Positions 34,343 to 42,772 of a DNA stretch of 44,053 bases are shown piece after piece. Origin of the DNA: a virus; IMG/VR virus record IMGVR_UViG_3300022745_000008, positions 1-44,053 of that record, one strand, 5' to 3'. A program made the position numbers and the translations under genes. Numbering within the stretch: the stretch's first letter is position 1; each line of letters starts with the position of its first letter. The notes beneath the pieces are model-generated. The model did no database searches. It saw only the letters and a program-made list of their open reading frames with translations, and was not told where the DNA came from.

Positions 34343-36802
34343 TTAGATTTCTCCAATTCGGTTGTCTTCACCAGTGTGATACCAAGAGTGCCCGTAACCA
34401 CCGTCGTAGGGGATTACGATGTTTTCGTTGGCTACTGTGATTCGGTTATCGAAGTAGGAGGCGATTTTGTTGCAGGCCCATTCGGCGAGTTCGATGGGGA
34501 ATTGACCGCAAAGGGCGTCGTGGACAGAGTGGATGGGTTCTATGATGAGGGAGTTGTTGGCACGACGGTTTTCAGGGTCTTGCCATAGGCGTTGCATGGC
34601 GAGGTTAGTGACATAGGTGGTATTGGCTTGGGGTTCATGGGCAAGTGCTGTGCGAATGGTTGTGCCGTCTTCTGGGCGACCAAAAAATTTACGCACGTGA
34701 CCGGAAGCGCATGGGAGCGAGCGGCCGTTTTTGAGTTGGTGTTTGACATAATCTTGATAAGCTCGAACACCGTGATAGCGTTCGAAGTAAAGGGCTTGGA
34801 CGATCTTGCATTCCTGTGGAGGAACGTGCATGAGGGAGAAGCCTTCACTATGGGTGAAGTTCTTTTCAAGTAGGTTTTCAGACATGCGCACTGGTTGCAT
34901 GTCGTAGTTGGAGCCGTGTTGCACGACTTTGCAAACACCGTAGAGGGTATCTGGAATTTTGGTGGATTTAATTAAAGCTTTGATTTCATCGCGGGAAAGT
35001 TTGTTGATGGATTTGGAAACGTGTGGGAGTTTACCTTCACGCTGAAGTTGCATGAGGGCAAGTACTTTGGCGGGCTTGATCTTAGCGTAGTAGTCCTCGA
35101 TCATGGTGGAGTCGCCAAGCGCCGCGCAGTGAGCGGCTACTGTCCAACCGTCTGCACCTTCGAGGTCGCATTGGAAGAAGTATTTTCCTTCGTCAGCGAG
35201 ATAGAATTTGCGGTTCTCTTTAGAGATGGTTTGAAGGTTAGTGCCGGAGCCTGTAGTGGATTGTGCGCAGGACAAGCGGCCAGTGTCAGCACCGACAGGA
35301 TTGTAAGAACAGCGGATGCGACCGTCGGGATCGCGGTAGACTTCAAGTTGTTTGGCCTTGCCTTCGATCTTTTTCCAGGATAGAAGATTGATGAGAAATG
35401 GATGGGCGCGGGTTCCTTGAGAGACAACGAGTTTAAGCAGAGCTCCTTTGTCAGCGGTGAGAGTTGAGGTCTTTCTGCCGGCTTCTTTTTTGAATTGCTT
35501 TTCAAAACCGAACTCGTGGTAAAGCGTTTTGATAAGTTGTGGTGCGGAGTTGAGGTTGACAGGGGCGGAGGTGTGAAGGTTGCAAGCGTCTTGGAGTTCG
35601 TTTTGTTGGGAGCGCAGCTCTGCGAGTCGGTGGTTAGAGCCCTCAATGTCGTAGCGGAAACCACGAAGGGACATGTATTGTAGGGGTTCGATGAGGGAGA
35701 CGTTGAAGTCATAATGTTTGCGTTGGGCAGAATCCATTGCGCGCATGTGGGCTTGATGGATTTCTAGGGTAACCGCGGCATCCTTGCAGCAGTAACGATA
35801 GTGTGTGTCTTTGTCGTCAACGGTGCGCTCGAATTTGTAGTAGGGTTCTTCTGTCCAGATAGATGCTTGAGTGCCAAGACCTTTGGGGAGTTCTGGATAG
35901 ATTTCCCACCCAGAAAACATGGTATCGTGGGCGATGTTATTGATGGGACAGCGGAAGTGCCAGGCTAGAGCGGTGTAGTCGTAGAGTCCGTTCTGGAGGA
36001 CCTTTGGGATGCTGCTGTCTCCCAGGACTTCTGCAAGTCTGTGTAAGACACGTTGCAAAGTGCTGACGTCATATAACTCGAAGGGGATGATGAAAGCACT
36101 GCTGGGGTCGATTGAGATTGAGCAGCACGTGATGCCATTTCTAAATTTATACTCAACTTTGGCAGCACGCTCATTAGGTATTCCACCTTCGATGTCCAAT
36201 GAGACAAGGGGTTTAGTAATAAGAATTTGGTCCAGCCTAGCAATGATCTCGTTTGGTGATAAGTTGATTTCCAACTTTCTCTGCGGGAGACGTAGTTCAG
36301 GGAACTTACTCTGAGCCACAGCGCGGTTGAGATCGTGCATAAAAAGTGGCATGTCATCATAAGATTGGAAGAGGTAGGTGGGATGGAAGGTGGCGACGCA
36401 TTTGTATTTATCGTTGAAACCAGAGAAGATGGAACCTCGGAAAGAGTTGAGGGAGTGATGGATGCCTGCCGCTTTGAGGGCAAGGTCGCCAAGAAGAAGT
36501 ACGCAGTTGGGTTGGAACTGAGCTAGGTCTTGGCGGAGTTGTGCTAAACCGTCCTGAATATCTGGGCCGTCGAACATGAAGAACGAGGACTGACCACCGC
36601 CAGAAGGAGGTTGCGAGCGACAGATGTTAGAGACAAAGCAGTTGGCTCGCATGATGCCAGCACGCGCTAGGGCTTTCTCAAGATACATGAGGTTTGGCCC
36701 CGCGAAGGGACGAGAGGAAGAAGTCTCATGGCTTCGTGGGAAGTCGCCTACAATGGCGAGACGGTGCTCAGATGGAATGGAAGGGAATTCAGCGGAGATC
36801 AT
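34343..36802 (-). CDS. Family A DNA polymerase with 3'-5' exonuclease and an N-terminal family-4 UDG-like domain (819 aa)
   Basis: UDG-like: LAIVGDFPRSHETSSSRPFAGPN...CFVSNICRSQPP and ATFHPTYLF. Exonuclease: LVSLDIEGG, NGLYDYTAL, YCCKDAAV. Polymerase: CDLEGADGW (A), KVVQHGSNYDMQP (B), HSVHDAL (C). Confidence 0.85.
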   Translation of the reverse strand: MISAEFPSIPSEHRLAIVGDFPRSHETSSSRPFAGPNLMYLEKALARAGIMRANCFVSNICRSQPPSGGGQSSFFMFDGPDIQDGLAQLRQDLAQFQPNCVLLLGDLALKAAGIHHSLNSFRGSIFSGFNDKYKCVATFHPTYLFQSYDDMPLFMHDLNRAVAQSKFPELRLPQRKLEINLSPNEIIARLDQILITKPLVSLDIEGGIPNERAAKVEYKFRNGITCCSISIDPSSAFIIPFELYDVSTLQRVLHRLAEVLGDSSIPKVLQNGLYDYTALAWHFRCPINNIAHDTMFSGWEIYPELPKGLGTQASIWTEEPYYKFERTVDDKDTHYRYCCKDAAVTLEIHQAHMRAMDSAQRKHYDFNVSLIEPLQYMSLRGFRYDIEGSNHRLAELRSQQNELQDACNLHTSAPVNLNSAPQLIKTLYHEFGFEKQFKKEAGRKTSTLTADKGALLKLVVSQGTRAHPFLINLLSWKKIEGKAKQLEVYRDPDGRIRCSYNPVGADTGRLSCAQSTTGSGTNLQTISKENRKFYLADEGKYFFQCDLEGADGWTVAAHCAALGDSTMIEDYYAKIKPAKVLALMQLQREGKLPHVSKSINKLSRDEIKALIKSTKIPDTLYGVCKVVQHGSNYDMQPVRMSENLLEKNFTHSEGFSLMHVPPQECKIVQALYFERYHGVRAYQDYVKHQLKNGRSLPCASGHVRKFFGRPEDGTTIRTALAHEPQANTTYVTNLAMQRLWQDPENRRANNSLIIEPIHSVHDALCGQFPIELAEWACNKIASYFDNRITVANENIVIPYDGGYGHSWYHTGEDNRIGEI

Positions 36803-37155
36803 TAGTGCTTAGAGATGATAGTTGCGTAAAAATAAGGATCGACATTTATAATAGGTATACCACTCTCTTGTGCCCATTCGAGTTCTTGCTGAACTCCAGC
36901 CGACCCTTCCCAGCCGTCTAATTCTAAGACCGCTAAGCAACTTGCTAACTGTAACATATGCTTGTTTTGTCGCTCCCAAAATTTCGCACTCGTAGGAAGC
37001 GCGAATCGTTTAGCGGCTTCGTGCCAGTGCACTACGGGTGAATACACCGGTAGTCCCAAACTGGCATAATGAACGACGAATTTCATCGCGGTTAAGTAAC
37101 GTTCTTCACGCAGGTCAGCGCTTGGATGTGAGTAGGGAGAAGCTAGATAAATCAT
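36802..37155 (-). CDS. DUF1937-like (nucleoside 2-deoxyribosyltransferase-like fold) protein (117 aa)
   Basis: MIYLASPYSHP...VYSPVVHWH...LELDGWEGSAGVQQELEWA matches my recollection of the DUF1937 signature. Confidence 0.6.
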   Translation of the reverse strand: MIYLASPYSHPSADLREERYLTAMKFVVHYASLGLPVYSPVVHWHEAAKRFALPTSAKFWERQNKHMLQLASCLAVLELDGWEGSAGVQQELEWAQESGIPIINVDPYFYATIISKH

Positions 37156-37156
37156 A

Positions 37157-38581
37157 TTAGCAGAACTCTACGTTTTTACCTTGGATTTGTGTGTAGACTT
37201 GTTTGATACTTTCTACCGCTTGAACGTAGTGGACTTGTTTCTTCTCGGTGCCAATGACACGCGCGCCTTTAAGGATAGCGCTGCGAACAATAGACCCACC
37301 GCCCATGTATGGATCGTAGATTGTAGTGCCTGGAGAGAGGAGAGGTTTCCAAACCATTTCAGACAACCACTCATGAGGCTTAGCAAATGGATGAGCCTGG
37401 CACATGCGGTCGATTGTGGAGTCGCATTCCATATGACATTTAGTCATAGGCGTGCGAAGGTTTGCTTTGCCCTTACGCATGACCATGACAGGCTCAATGG
37501 ACTTTGTCCAGTTAGCATGAGGAGCATTGTTCTTGCAGCCGTGTGGCTTAGCCCAGATGAGGGGCCAATCTTGAACTTTAAACCCAGCGGCGTTGCCCCA
37601 GTCGCGCATCTTTTCCCAATGTTGGAAGGCGCAGAAGAAGATTAAGAATCCATCAGCTTTGAGAACTCGGTAAGCGCCCTCGATAAAACGCGGAAGCTGA
37701 TCTAGGTTTTCCTCAACCTCGTGCTCATCGGCTGTAGAGTCAAGGTTTTGTATGCCCTCGAGGTTAGCCATGTCGATTGCGTAGGGAGGATCGGTGACGA
37801 TGTGGTCGATGGAGAAGGGTTTCAATTCATTTGCCATGAAGTCGTGGCAGTTGGCGTGGAACAGCATCGTGGAAATCGGAATCCTAGAGACCAGATTTGC
37901 AGGAAGATGGTCTTTCTTCTTGGGGGCCTCAACTGGAGTAGAACCTGGAGTTCCTAGAGTGATGTTGATTATGCCTGAGGCTGCTGGTTTTGCGGTGGGT
38001 TTTACTTTGAACGCGTCTTGTTGAATCTGCGCGAGGGAAGTAACGACCGCGGCTTCACGGCGCTTAAGAAGAAGCTCACGTCCCGCCATTGCGGTATCGC
38101 ATTCCCAGAGTTCGCGGTCTCCGCGGATGAGTTCCTTGGCAAAGAGAATGGCTTGCGCGACGGAAGCGTGAGAGATTTTGAAAAGAGACCCCGTAGCACG
38201 GGTGCTCCACTCACCGTATTTAGCTTCAGCGGCGGTATGGATTTTGAAAATACCAACAGCTTTTTCCTGCCACGTTAGCGGGGAACGTTGATCGTTGGCT
38301 TCCATCTCCATGACGAGTTTGGTAGCGTCGTCGATGTTGACGGCTACGACGGTAGGAACATCAGTCTCGCCGAGGAGTTTATACGCTTCGAGACGTGTGC
38401 CACCGTCGATGAGATTGTTGTTTTCGTCAATAAGAAGTGGTTGCAGGGGTCCGATTTCCTGAAGCGATTTCATCTTAGCCTCAACGGCTGCTTGGAAATT
38501 TGCATCACGGCGGCGTAGGCGCTCTCCGACGATGATGGAAGAAATGGGTGTGTATCCGATGTTTTCGAGACGAGAGATCAT
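37157..38581 (-). CDS. ParB-like N-terminal domain fused to a beta-class N6A/N4C DNA methyltransferase (474 aa)
   Basis: ParB-like: LLIDENNNLIDGGTRLEAYKLLG. Motif IV IVTDPPYAIDM precedes motif I TIYDPYMGGGS, which is the beta-class order. Confidence 0.85.
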   Translation of the reverse strand: MISRLENIGYTPISSIIVGERLRRRDANFQAAVEAKMKSLQEIGPLQPLLIDENNNLIDGGTRLEAYKLLGETDVPTVVAVNIDDATKLVMEMEANDQRSPLTWQEKAVGIFKIHTAAEAKYGEWSTRATGSLFKISHASVAQAILFAKELIRGDRELWECDTAMAGRELLLKRREAAVVTSLAQIQQDAFKVKPTAKPAASGIINITLGTPGSTPVEAPKKKDHLPANLVSRIPISTMLFHANCHDFMANELKPFSIDHIVTDPPYAIDMANLEGIQNLDSTADEHEVEENLDQLPRFIEGAYRVLKADGFLIFFCAFQHWEKMRDWGNAAGFKVQDWPLIWAKPHGCKNNAPHANWTKSIEPVMVMRKGKANLRTPMTKCHMECDSTIDRMCQAHPFAKPHEWLSEMVWKPLLSPGTTIYDPYMGGGSIVRSAILKGARVIGTEKKQVHYVQAVESIKQVYTQIQGKNVEFC

Positions 38582-38585
38582 AAAG

Positions 38586-38629
38586 AGAAAAGAAAAAATT
38601 AGGTGCCCCGAGTATAAAGCCCTCGGGGC
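38586..38629 (-). terminator. Intrinsic terminator after 38643..38945
   Basis: 8-bp stem GCCCCGAG/CTCGGGGC (38605-38612/38622-38629). On the minus strand it is followed by ACCTAATTTTTTCTTTTCTCTTT. Confidence 0.65.
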
Positions 38630-38642
38630 GGAGGCTGGTTAC

Positions 38643-38945
38643 TTACACTTCGTCGAAATCCAGCTTGCGTGCGATCTCCTTATTCAAGGAGGCAAGATTT
38701 TGTTCGAGTCCTTTGCGCGCGAGTTTGAGATTGTGAATGAGGTTTTCGTAATGTTCGAGTTCGTTCTCATTCTCTTCTATCATGCGAAGGATGTCCTTAC
38801 GCTCGTTGTAGATTGTGCGTTCCTTCTGGATATCAGCCCTGAATTTATCGATCAGTTCGTTGACTTCATCCACAGGGATGGACTTGCGAGGTTTGATTTC
38901 TTGACCCGCAGCAAGATGGATTTGGTGTGCTTTCTTTTTAGCCAT
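38643..38945 (-). CDS. Hypothetical coiled-coil protein (100 aa from the second Met; ORF extends to 38957)
   Basis: A start at 38945 places the upstream hairpin and T8 outside the coding sequence. Helical, Lys/Glu-rich. Confidence 0.55.
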   Translation of the reverse strand: MAKKKAHQIHLAAGQEIKPRKSIPVDEVNELIDKFRADIQKERTIYNERKDILRMIEENENELEHYENLIHNLKLARKGLEQNLASLNKEIARKLDFDEV

Positions 38946-38973
38946 AAAAAAAAGCATACTTTACACGGTATGC
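38946..38973 (-). terminator. Intrinsic terminator after the SSB-like gene
   Basis: GCATAC/GTATGC stem (38954-38959/38968-38973), followed on the minus strand by T8 (A-run 38946-38953 on the + strand). Confidence 0.6.
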
Positions 38974-38989
38974 CAGCGTGGGTTAGTTG

Positions 38990-39505
38990 TTATTCAGAAG
39001 GAAGGTTGGCCTTGAACCCAGAAATTTGGGAACGGATGCCAAAGTCATCACCGCCTTCGCCGTCCTTTTTCTTCGGAGGGTTGTTGTTGGTGGTGGCGAT
39101 GACATACTTGCCAGGCAGTTCCGCGATATAGACGTTATTGAAACGCGGAACCTCCGGAGCGGTGTCACCCTTAGCCACGAGGCCAGCAACGGCCACTTGG
39201 AACAAAGTGAGCTTTTTGATAAACATATCCTTGTTCGGACCTTCACCGTATTCAGTGCCCGGAACGGGAACCTGAAGATAGGAGGTGAGCTTAAACCCAG
39301 GAGCGACCTTTTTGCCGGAAGGGTCTTCGGTTTCGTCAACGGTTTCGACGTTGATTTTGAGGTTCCAAGAATCAGGAGTGTTCTTGGATTTGACGAGTTC
39401 TGCGTTAGTGATCTTGACCAGGTGGTTACCTGGGGCAATCAGCGGCATGGAGATATCGGCTCCAGAGAAGTCGAGATCGAGAGGGAGGTTAGTGTTGTCG
39501 GACAT
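38990..39505 (-). CDS. DUF669-like protein, candidate ssDNA-binding protein (171 aa from Met14; ORF extends to 39544)
   Basis: Sits in the recombination module next to the AAA_24-like ATPase. N-terminus reads DLDFSGADISMPLIAPGNHLVKITNAELV. (ACAAACAAA)n leader. No in-phase TTA/CTA/TCA codons. Confidence 0.5.
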   Translation of the reverse strand: MSDNTNLPLDLDFSGADISMPLIAPGNHLVKITNAELVKSKNTPDSWNLKINVETVDETEDPSGKKVAPGFKLTSYLQVPVPGTEYGEGPNKDMFIKKLTLFQVAVAGLVAKGDTAPEVPRFNNVYIAELPGKYVIATTNNNPPKKKDGEGGDDFGIRSQISGFKANLPSE

Positions 39506-39607
39506 AGCGTGTTGTTTGTTTTGTTTGTTTTGTTTGTTTTTCAAGAAGCCACACTTGTGGCGAGAAATTTATTCTGCATTTCGTCTGATTGCATGGTGTT
39601 AGTTTGG

Positions 39608-39856
39608 TTAATTACCCGGTAGCCACGGATCAGTAGTAACCGACTGGAAAGCATCAGGTTGATTTACTTCCGGAGCTATGGGTAAAGGGCTTTGACCGAG
39701 GTATCCTTCGTCAACTTGGGAGGAGACTTGGCCCCAAGGAAGGACGGTGAGGACTGGGATGGATTCGGATTGGAGAATGTCGAGGATTTCGTCGGCGTAT
39801 TCCTGGAGGGAGGAAGTATCGGGGAGATTGAGGGTGACTAGGAGGGTGCGTTTCAT
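39608..39856 (-). CDS. Hypothetical protein (82 aa)
   Basis: ATG overlaps the stop of the upstream gene. Confidence 0.5.
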   Translation of the reverse strand: MKRTLLVTLNLPDTSSLQEYADEILDILQSESIPVLTVLPWGQVSSQVDEGYLGQSPLPIAPEVNQPDAFQSVTTDPWLPGN

Positions 39857-40635
39857 TTTCCAAGGAGTTTAGAGATGATGGCATTTGCGTCGGCGTTGAT
39901 ATAAGCGCCGATCTGGCCGGCGGATTTAAGGCCGAGCGCTTCAGAACGTGCGTCGCCGACGGTGCGAACTTTATATTCAGCTTTGAGGGAGGCGTCTGCG
40001 CCGGAGGCTTTGACCTCAGTTTGCCAGACTTCTTCGAAGAGGCCGGAGATAATGTTGCCCATCTGGCCTGGGCAGGCGATGAAGTTGAGGATGAGTTTGG
40101 AAAGCTCGTCTTTATCGGAGGTGATATGGCCGATGAAGACGATGCGTTTGGAGGAGGCTTTGAGAGTGAAGATGAGTTGCTTGAGGATAGAAGCGAAGAC
40201 ACCCCAGTCTTGGATTCGGAGAGGATCGTCTTGAGTTTTCTTGCCGTCGCCAAAGCGGGGAGCATTGGTGCCGGTGGCGGTGGCGCGGATTTTATCGAAG
40301 ATGAAGTCGATGAGGGTGGTGAGGGAGTCAATGATGATGGTCTCGATTTCAGGGTCGGCGAGGGCTTCATTGAGAAGTTCTTGCACGCGGTCCATGCGGA
40401 TTTGACGTGGGAGAGCAACGCCGAGTTTGTCGATGAGGGGAGTGTCGTATTTGAACCAAGGGGTGGTGCCGGTTTTGTTGGAAAGGTAGCGAACTGGGCC
40501 TTTCATGTTTTCGTCACAGTCGAGGACGAAAGGTTTGGGGAACTGGAGGGCGAGAGTAGTTTTGCCGGAACCTGGGCGACCGAGGATGAGGATGGATTTG
40601 GGGAGAGAAGGGACGAAGTCGGAGGAGGATTTCAT
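39853..40635 (-). CDS. AAA_24 / Sak4-like RecA-fold ATPase (260 aa)
   Basis: Walker A ILILGRPGSGKTTLAL and Walker B IIIDSLTTL. Size and neighbourhood are typical of phage single-strand-annealing helper ATPases. Confidence 0.7.
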   Translation of the reverse strand: MKSSSDFVPSLPKSILILGRPGSGKTTLALQFPKPFVLDCDENMKGPVRYLSNKTGTTPWFKYDTPLIDKLGVALPRQIRMDRVQELLNEALADPEIETIIIDSLTTLIDFIFDKIRATATGTNAPRFGDGKKTQDDPLRIQDWGVFASILKQLIFTLKASSKRIVFIGHITSDKDELSKLILNFIACPGQMGNIISGLFEEVWQTEVKASGADASLKAEYKVRTVGDARSEALGLKSAGQIGAYINADANAIISKLLGK

Positions 40636-40919
40636 TGGATGGTGTGGTTGATTAGAGTGCGATGGAGGAGTTCGAGGCGCTGTTTGGCGGCGACAGGGTT
40701 GGTGGAAAGGAGGGCTATAGACTTGGCGAGTTCATCTTGGATGGGTCCATAGAGGCGGTTGAAGATCGCACGGGAGAGCTTGGGTTTGTTAGGGGTGGGA
40801 GAGAGGGAGCCTTCGGAATGTTGCTGGACGAGGACTGCGGTGTGCTGGTAGGCGGGGTTGGTGTCGGTTCCGCGCCGGAGAGTAGAGAAGGCTATGGCGG
40901 GAAGGTGGGAGGTGATCAT
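40632..40919 (-). CDS. Hypothetical protein (95 aa)
   Basis: ATG ORF with overlapping start and stop codons on both sides. Confidence 0.5.
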   Translation of the reverse strand: MITSHLPAIAFSTLRRGTDTNPAYQHTAVLVQQHSEGSLSPTPNKPKLSRAIFNRLYGPIQDELAKSIALLSTNPVAAKQRLELLHRTLINHTIQ

Positions 40920-42097
40920 GTTCCTGGTTTCCAGGTGTTGTCGGAATACATTCCTGAATTCAGGATCATAGCCCTTTGGCTAGACGGTGCGGAACATACG
41001 TCGAGATAGGGGCATGCACCGTATTTTCCTGCGCACCAATTGGTCTTCTTGGGAAAGTTCTTTGATGCGAGGTTATGAAGTAGTTCTCCGATGAGGGCGA
41101 GGAGGTCTTGTTTCCACTCGGTGCACTGTTCGGGGGAGTAGTCGTAGGGTCGGCGGTAGGATTCATATGAGATTCCGGTTCGAGTTGGAGGGCGGCAGAT
41201 GACGGAGTTGAGAAGGAAGCCTTTGATGGTGAGATCAGGAAACGCAGCTCGCATAGCAGTGACATATCCGATCGGTTGCATAGAAACGGCATAGGAGTCG
41301 AAGAGTGCGTTGGTTTTTATGGAAGAGGTTTTGTGGTCGCAGACGCGGAGGGTTTCTCCGTCACCCATGAGCATGAGAGCGTCGATGATACCAGACCATT
41401 CGATACGGCAGGGGATGAATTCCGTAGTATCATAGTCGCGCTCGCGAGAGGCGTCATTAGTAAGCTTACCAAAACCCCAAGAGGAGAAGATGCTAGCTTC
41501 AACGTCTGTCATTCCAACTGGCATGTTGAAGGTGAACTCGATAAGGGGTTTGCCTTCGTGAACAAAGGGAGTAAGGCTTTCGTTGAAATACTGGTTGGCA
41601 TAATGAACAAAGGTCGAGAAGCAGAAGTCCGCCGTGCGGTAGTCGTCGATAGCGTTAGGAGGGTATTTAGCATATTCGGCTTGAATTGCGCGTCCTCCAA
41701 GTTCGAGGATGGATTCAAGAGAATCGGAAGCGTTGCGCTTATAGTAGCACTCAAGCGCCGCGTGAAAGGCCGCGCCGAAGATGAGGGCGGATTTGGTGTG
41801 CGTGGTGCGGGAGTGGACAAGTTTATATTCTGCGCTGCGATTGCAGGCGAGGAGAGATTCCAAAGAGGACCAGTCCATTGTGAGGACTAGAGGACAGGAA
41901 GGGTTGTCGGTCCAGTGGAAGAGCTTGCGGATAGGGAGGGAGGCTGGAGCGGAAGTGTCTTCGGAGGAGGGGCCGAGAAGAAAGTCCATCGCAGAGCCAG
42001 CGAGATTGAGGTCGAGGGACGGGAGTGGGGTGCTCATGAGGTCCAAAGGTTGAGGGTTCGGCGCGTTGGGAGGCGGTGGGGTTTTACTATTCTTCAT
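40916..42097 (-). CDS. PD-(D/E)XK Cas4/RecB-like exonuclease with C-terminal Cys cluster (393 aa; alternative start Met21 at 42037)
   Basis: IIDALML...RVCDHKTSS (D...D-x-K) and NWCAGKYGACPYLDVC. The first 20 codons lie in direct-repeat copy A, so the start is ambiguous. Confidence 0.75.
   Translation of the reverse strand: MKNSKTPPPPNAPNPQPLDLMSTPLPSLDLNLAGSAMDFLLGPSSEDTSAPASLPIRKLFHWTDNPSCPLVLTMDWSSLESLLACNRSAEYKLVHSRTTHTKSALIFGAAFHAALECYYKRNASDSLESILELGGRAIQAEYAKYPPNAIDDYRTADFCFSTFVHYANQYFNESLTPFVHEGKPLIEFTFNMPVGMTDVEASIFSSWGFGKLTNDASRERDYDTTEFIPCRIEWSGIIDALMLMGDGETLRVCDHKTSSIKTNALFDSYAVSMQPIGYVTAMRAAFPDLTIKGFLLNSVICRPPTRTGISYESYRRPYDYSPEQCTEWKQDLLALIGELLHNLASKNFPKKTNWCAGKYGACPYLDVCSAPSSQRAMILNSGMYSDNTWKPGT
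42043..42079. repeat. Direct repeat copy A (degenerate copy of the 3' end of 42440..42772)
   Basis: CCAAAGGTTGAGGGTTCGG+CGCGTTGGGAGGCGGTGG. Matches copy B except for 1 mismatch and a 13-nt gap. Confidence 0.85.
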
Positions 42098-42131
42098 AGG
42101 TATTGGTTAGTCGCGCGGTTGCTGGACTGGT

Positions 42132-42344
42132 TTACAGGCGCTCGATGCCCTCCATGCTTTCGAGCATCACGCACGGCACGTTGAGCGGGTGATTCTCGGT
42201 TTGGTCGAGCGGCTTGAGTCCGTAGCTGCTCTCCTGGTGCAGGGCTCCGAGGTTGTGAGAGATTACTTTCCACAGCCGGAAACCTCCTGCGGTTGGGTAG
42301 TTTTTCATTCTGAGTGTGTCGCCGATTTGGAAGTGCGTTGTCAT
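42132..42344 (-). CDS. Hypothetical small protein (70 aa from Met37; ORF extends to 42452)
   Basis: The ATG at 42342-42344 is preceded by A/C-rich AACCAATACCACAACACCAAGAACGGACACA. The gene is bracketed by repeat copies A and B. Confidence 0.5.
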   Translation of the reverse strand: MTTHFQIGDTLRMKNYPTAGGFRLWKVISHNLGALHQESSYGLKPLDQTENHPLNVPCVMLESMEGIERL

Positions 42345-42439
42345 TGTGTCCGTTCTTGGTGTTGTGGTATTGGTTATCATGGGTAAATTCGTTCGTCGCG
42401 TTTTGTGGCTTCGGTATGTAAATGCCAAAGAACATAGAG

Positions 42440-42772
42440 TTAAGATTCCCAAAGGTTAAGGGTTCGGAGGAAGGCTTCGGCGCGTTGGGAGGCGGTGGCA
42501 AAACATGATGTAAGCCACCTATCATGAGAATCTTCTAAGTAATTAATGTAATTAGTTACCAATTCACCCGCGTTTGGATGGTTCATTAGCACCTTCTCCG
42601 CCTCGTGCATGGCGTTGAGGTCGTTGAGGTAGTCGGGGACATTTCCGCGTCTGTCTTCGTTGGTGTTAAATCCGACAACCTGAGTCGGGCGGCACTTCAT
42701 ACTAGGAAGAATTTCGATGCGCGTCCATCCACACGCTTCCGCAATCGCGATTCGTTGTTCTTCCGGGCTCAT
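42440..42772 (-). CDS. DUF2591-like phage protein (110 aa)
   Basis: IAIAEACGW...VPDYLNDLNAMHEAEKVL...ASQRAEAFLRTLNLW matches my recollection of that family. Confidence 0.5.
   Translation of the reverse strand: MSPEEQRIAIAEACGWTRIEILPSMKCRPTQVVGFNTNEDRRGNVPDYLNDLNAMHEAEKVLMNHPNAGELVTNYINYLEDSHDRWLTSCFATASQRAEAFLRTLNLWES
42449..42498. repeat. Direct repeat copy B (within the 3' end of 42440..42772)
   Basis: CCAAAGGTTAAGGGTTCGG[AGGAAGGCTTCGG]CGCGTTGGGAGGCGGTGG. Encodes ...TASQRAEAFLRTLNLW on the minus strand. Confidence 0.85.

Noticed and set aside
42094-42525. 143-aa minus-strand ORF spanning the cassette between the direct repeats
   Set aside because: It overlaps both the 70-aa gene and the 3' end of the DUF2591-like gene in other frames. 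Its translation is low-complexity Pro/Asn-rich, and it is created partly by the repeat copies.
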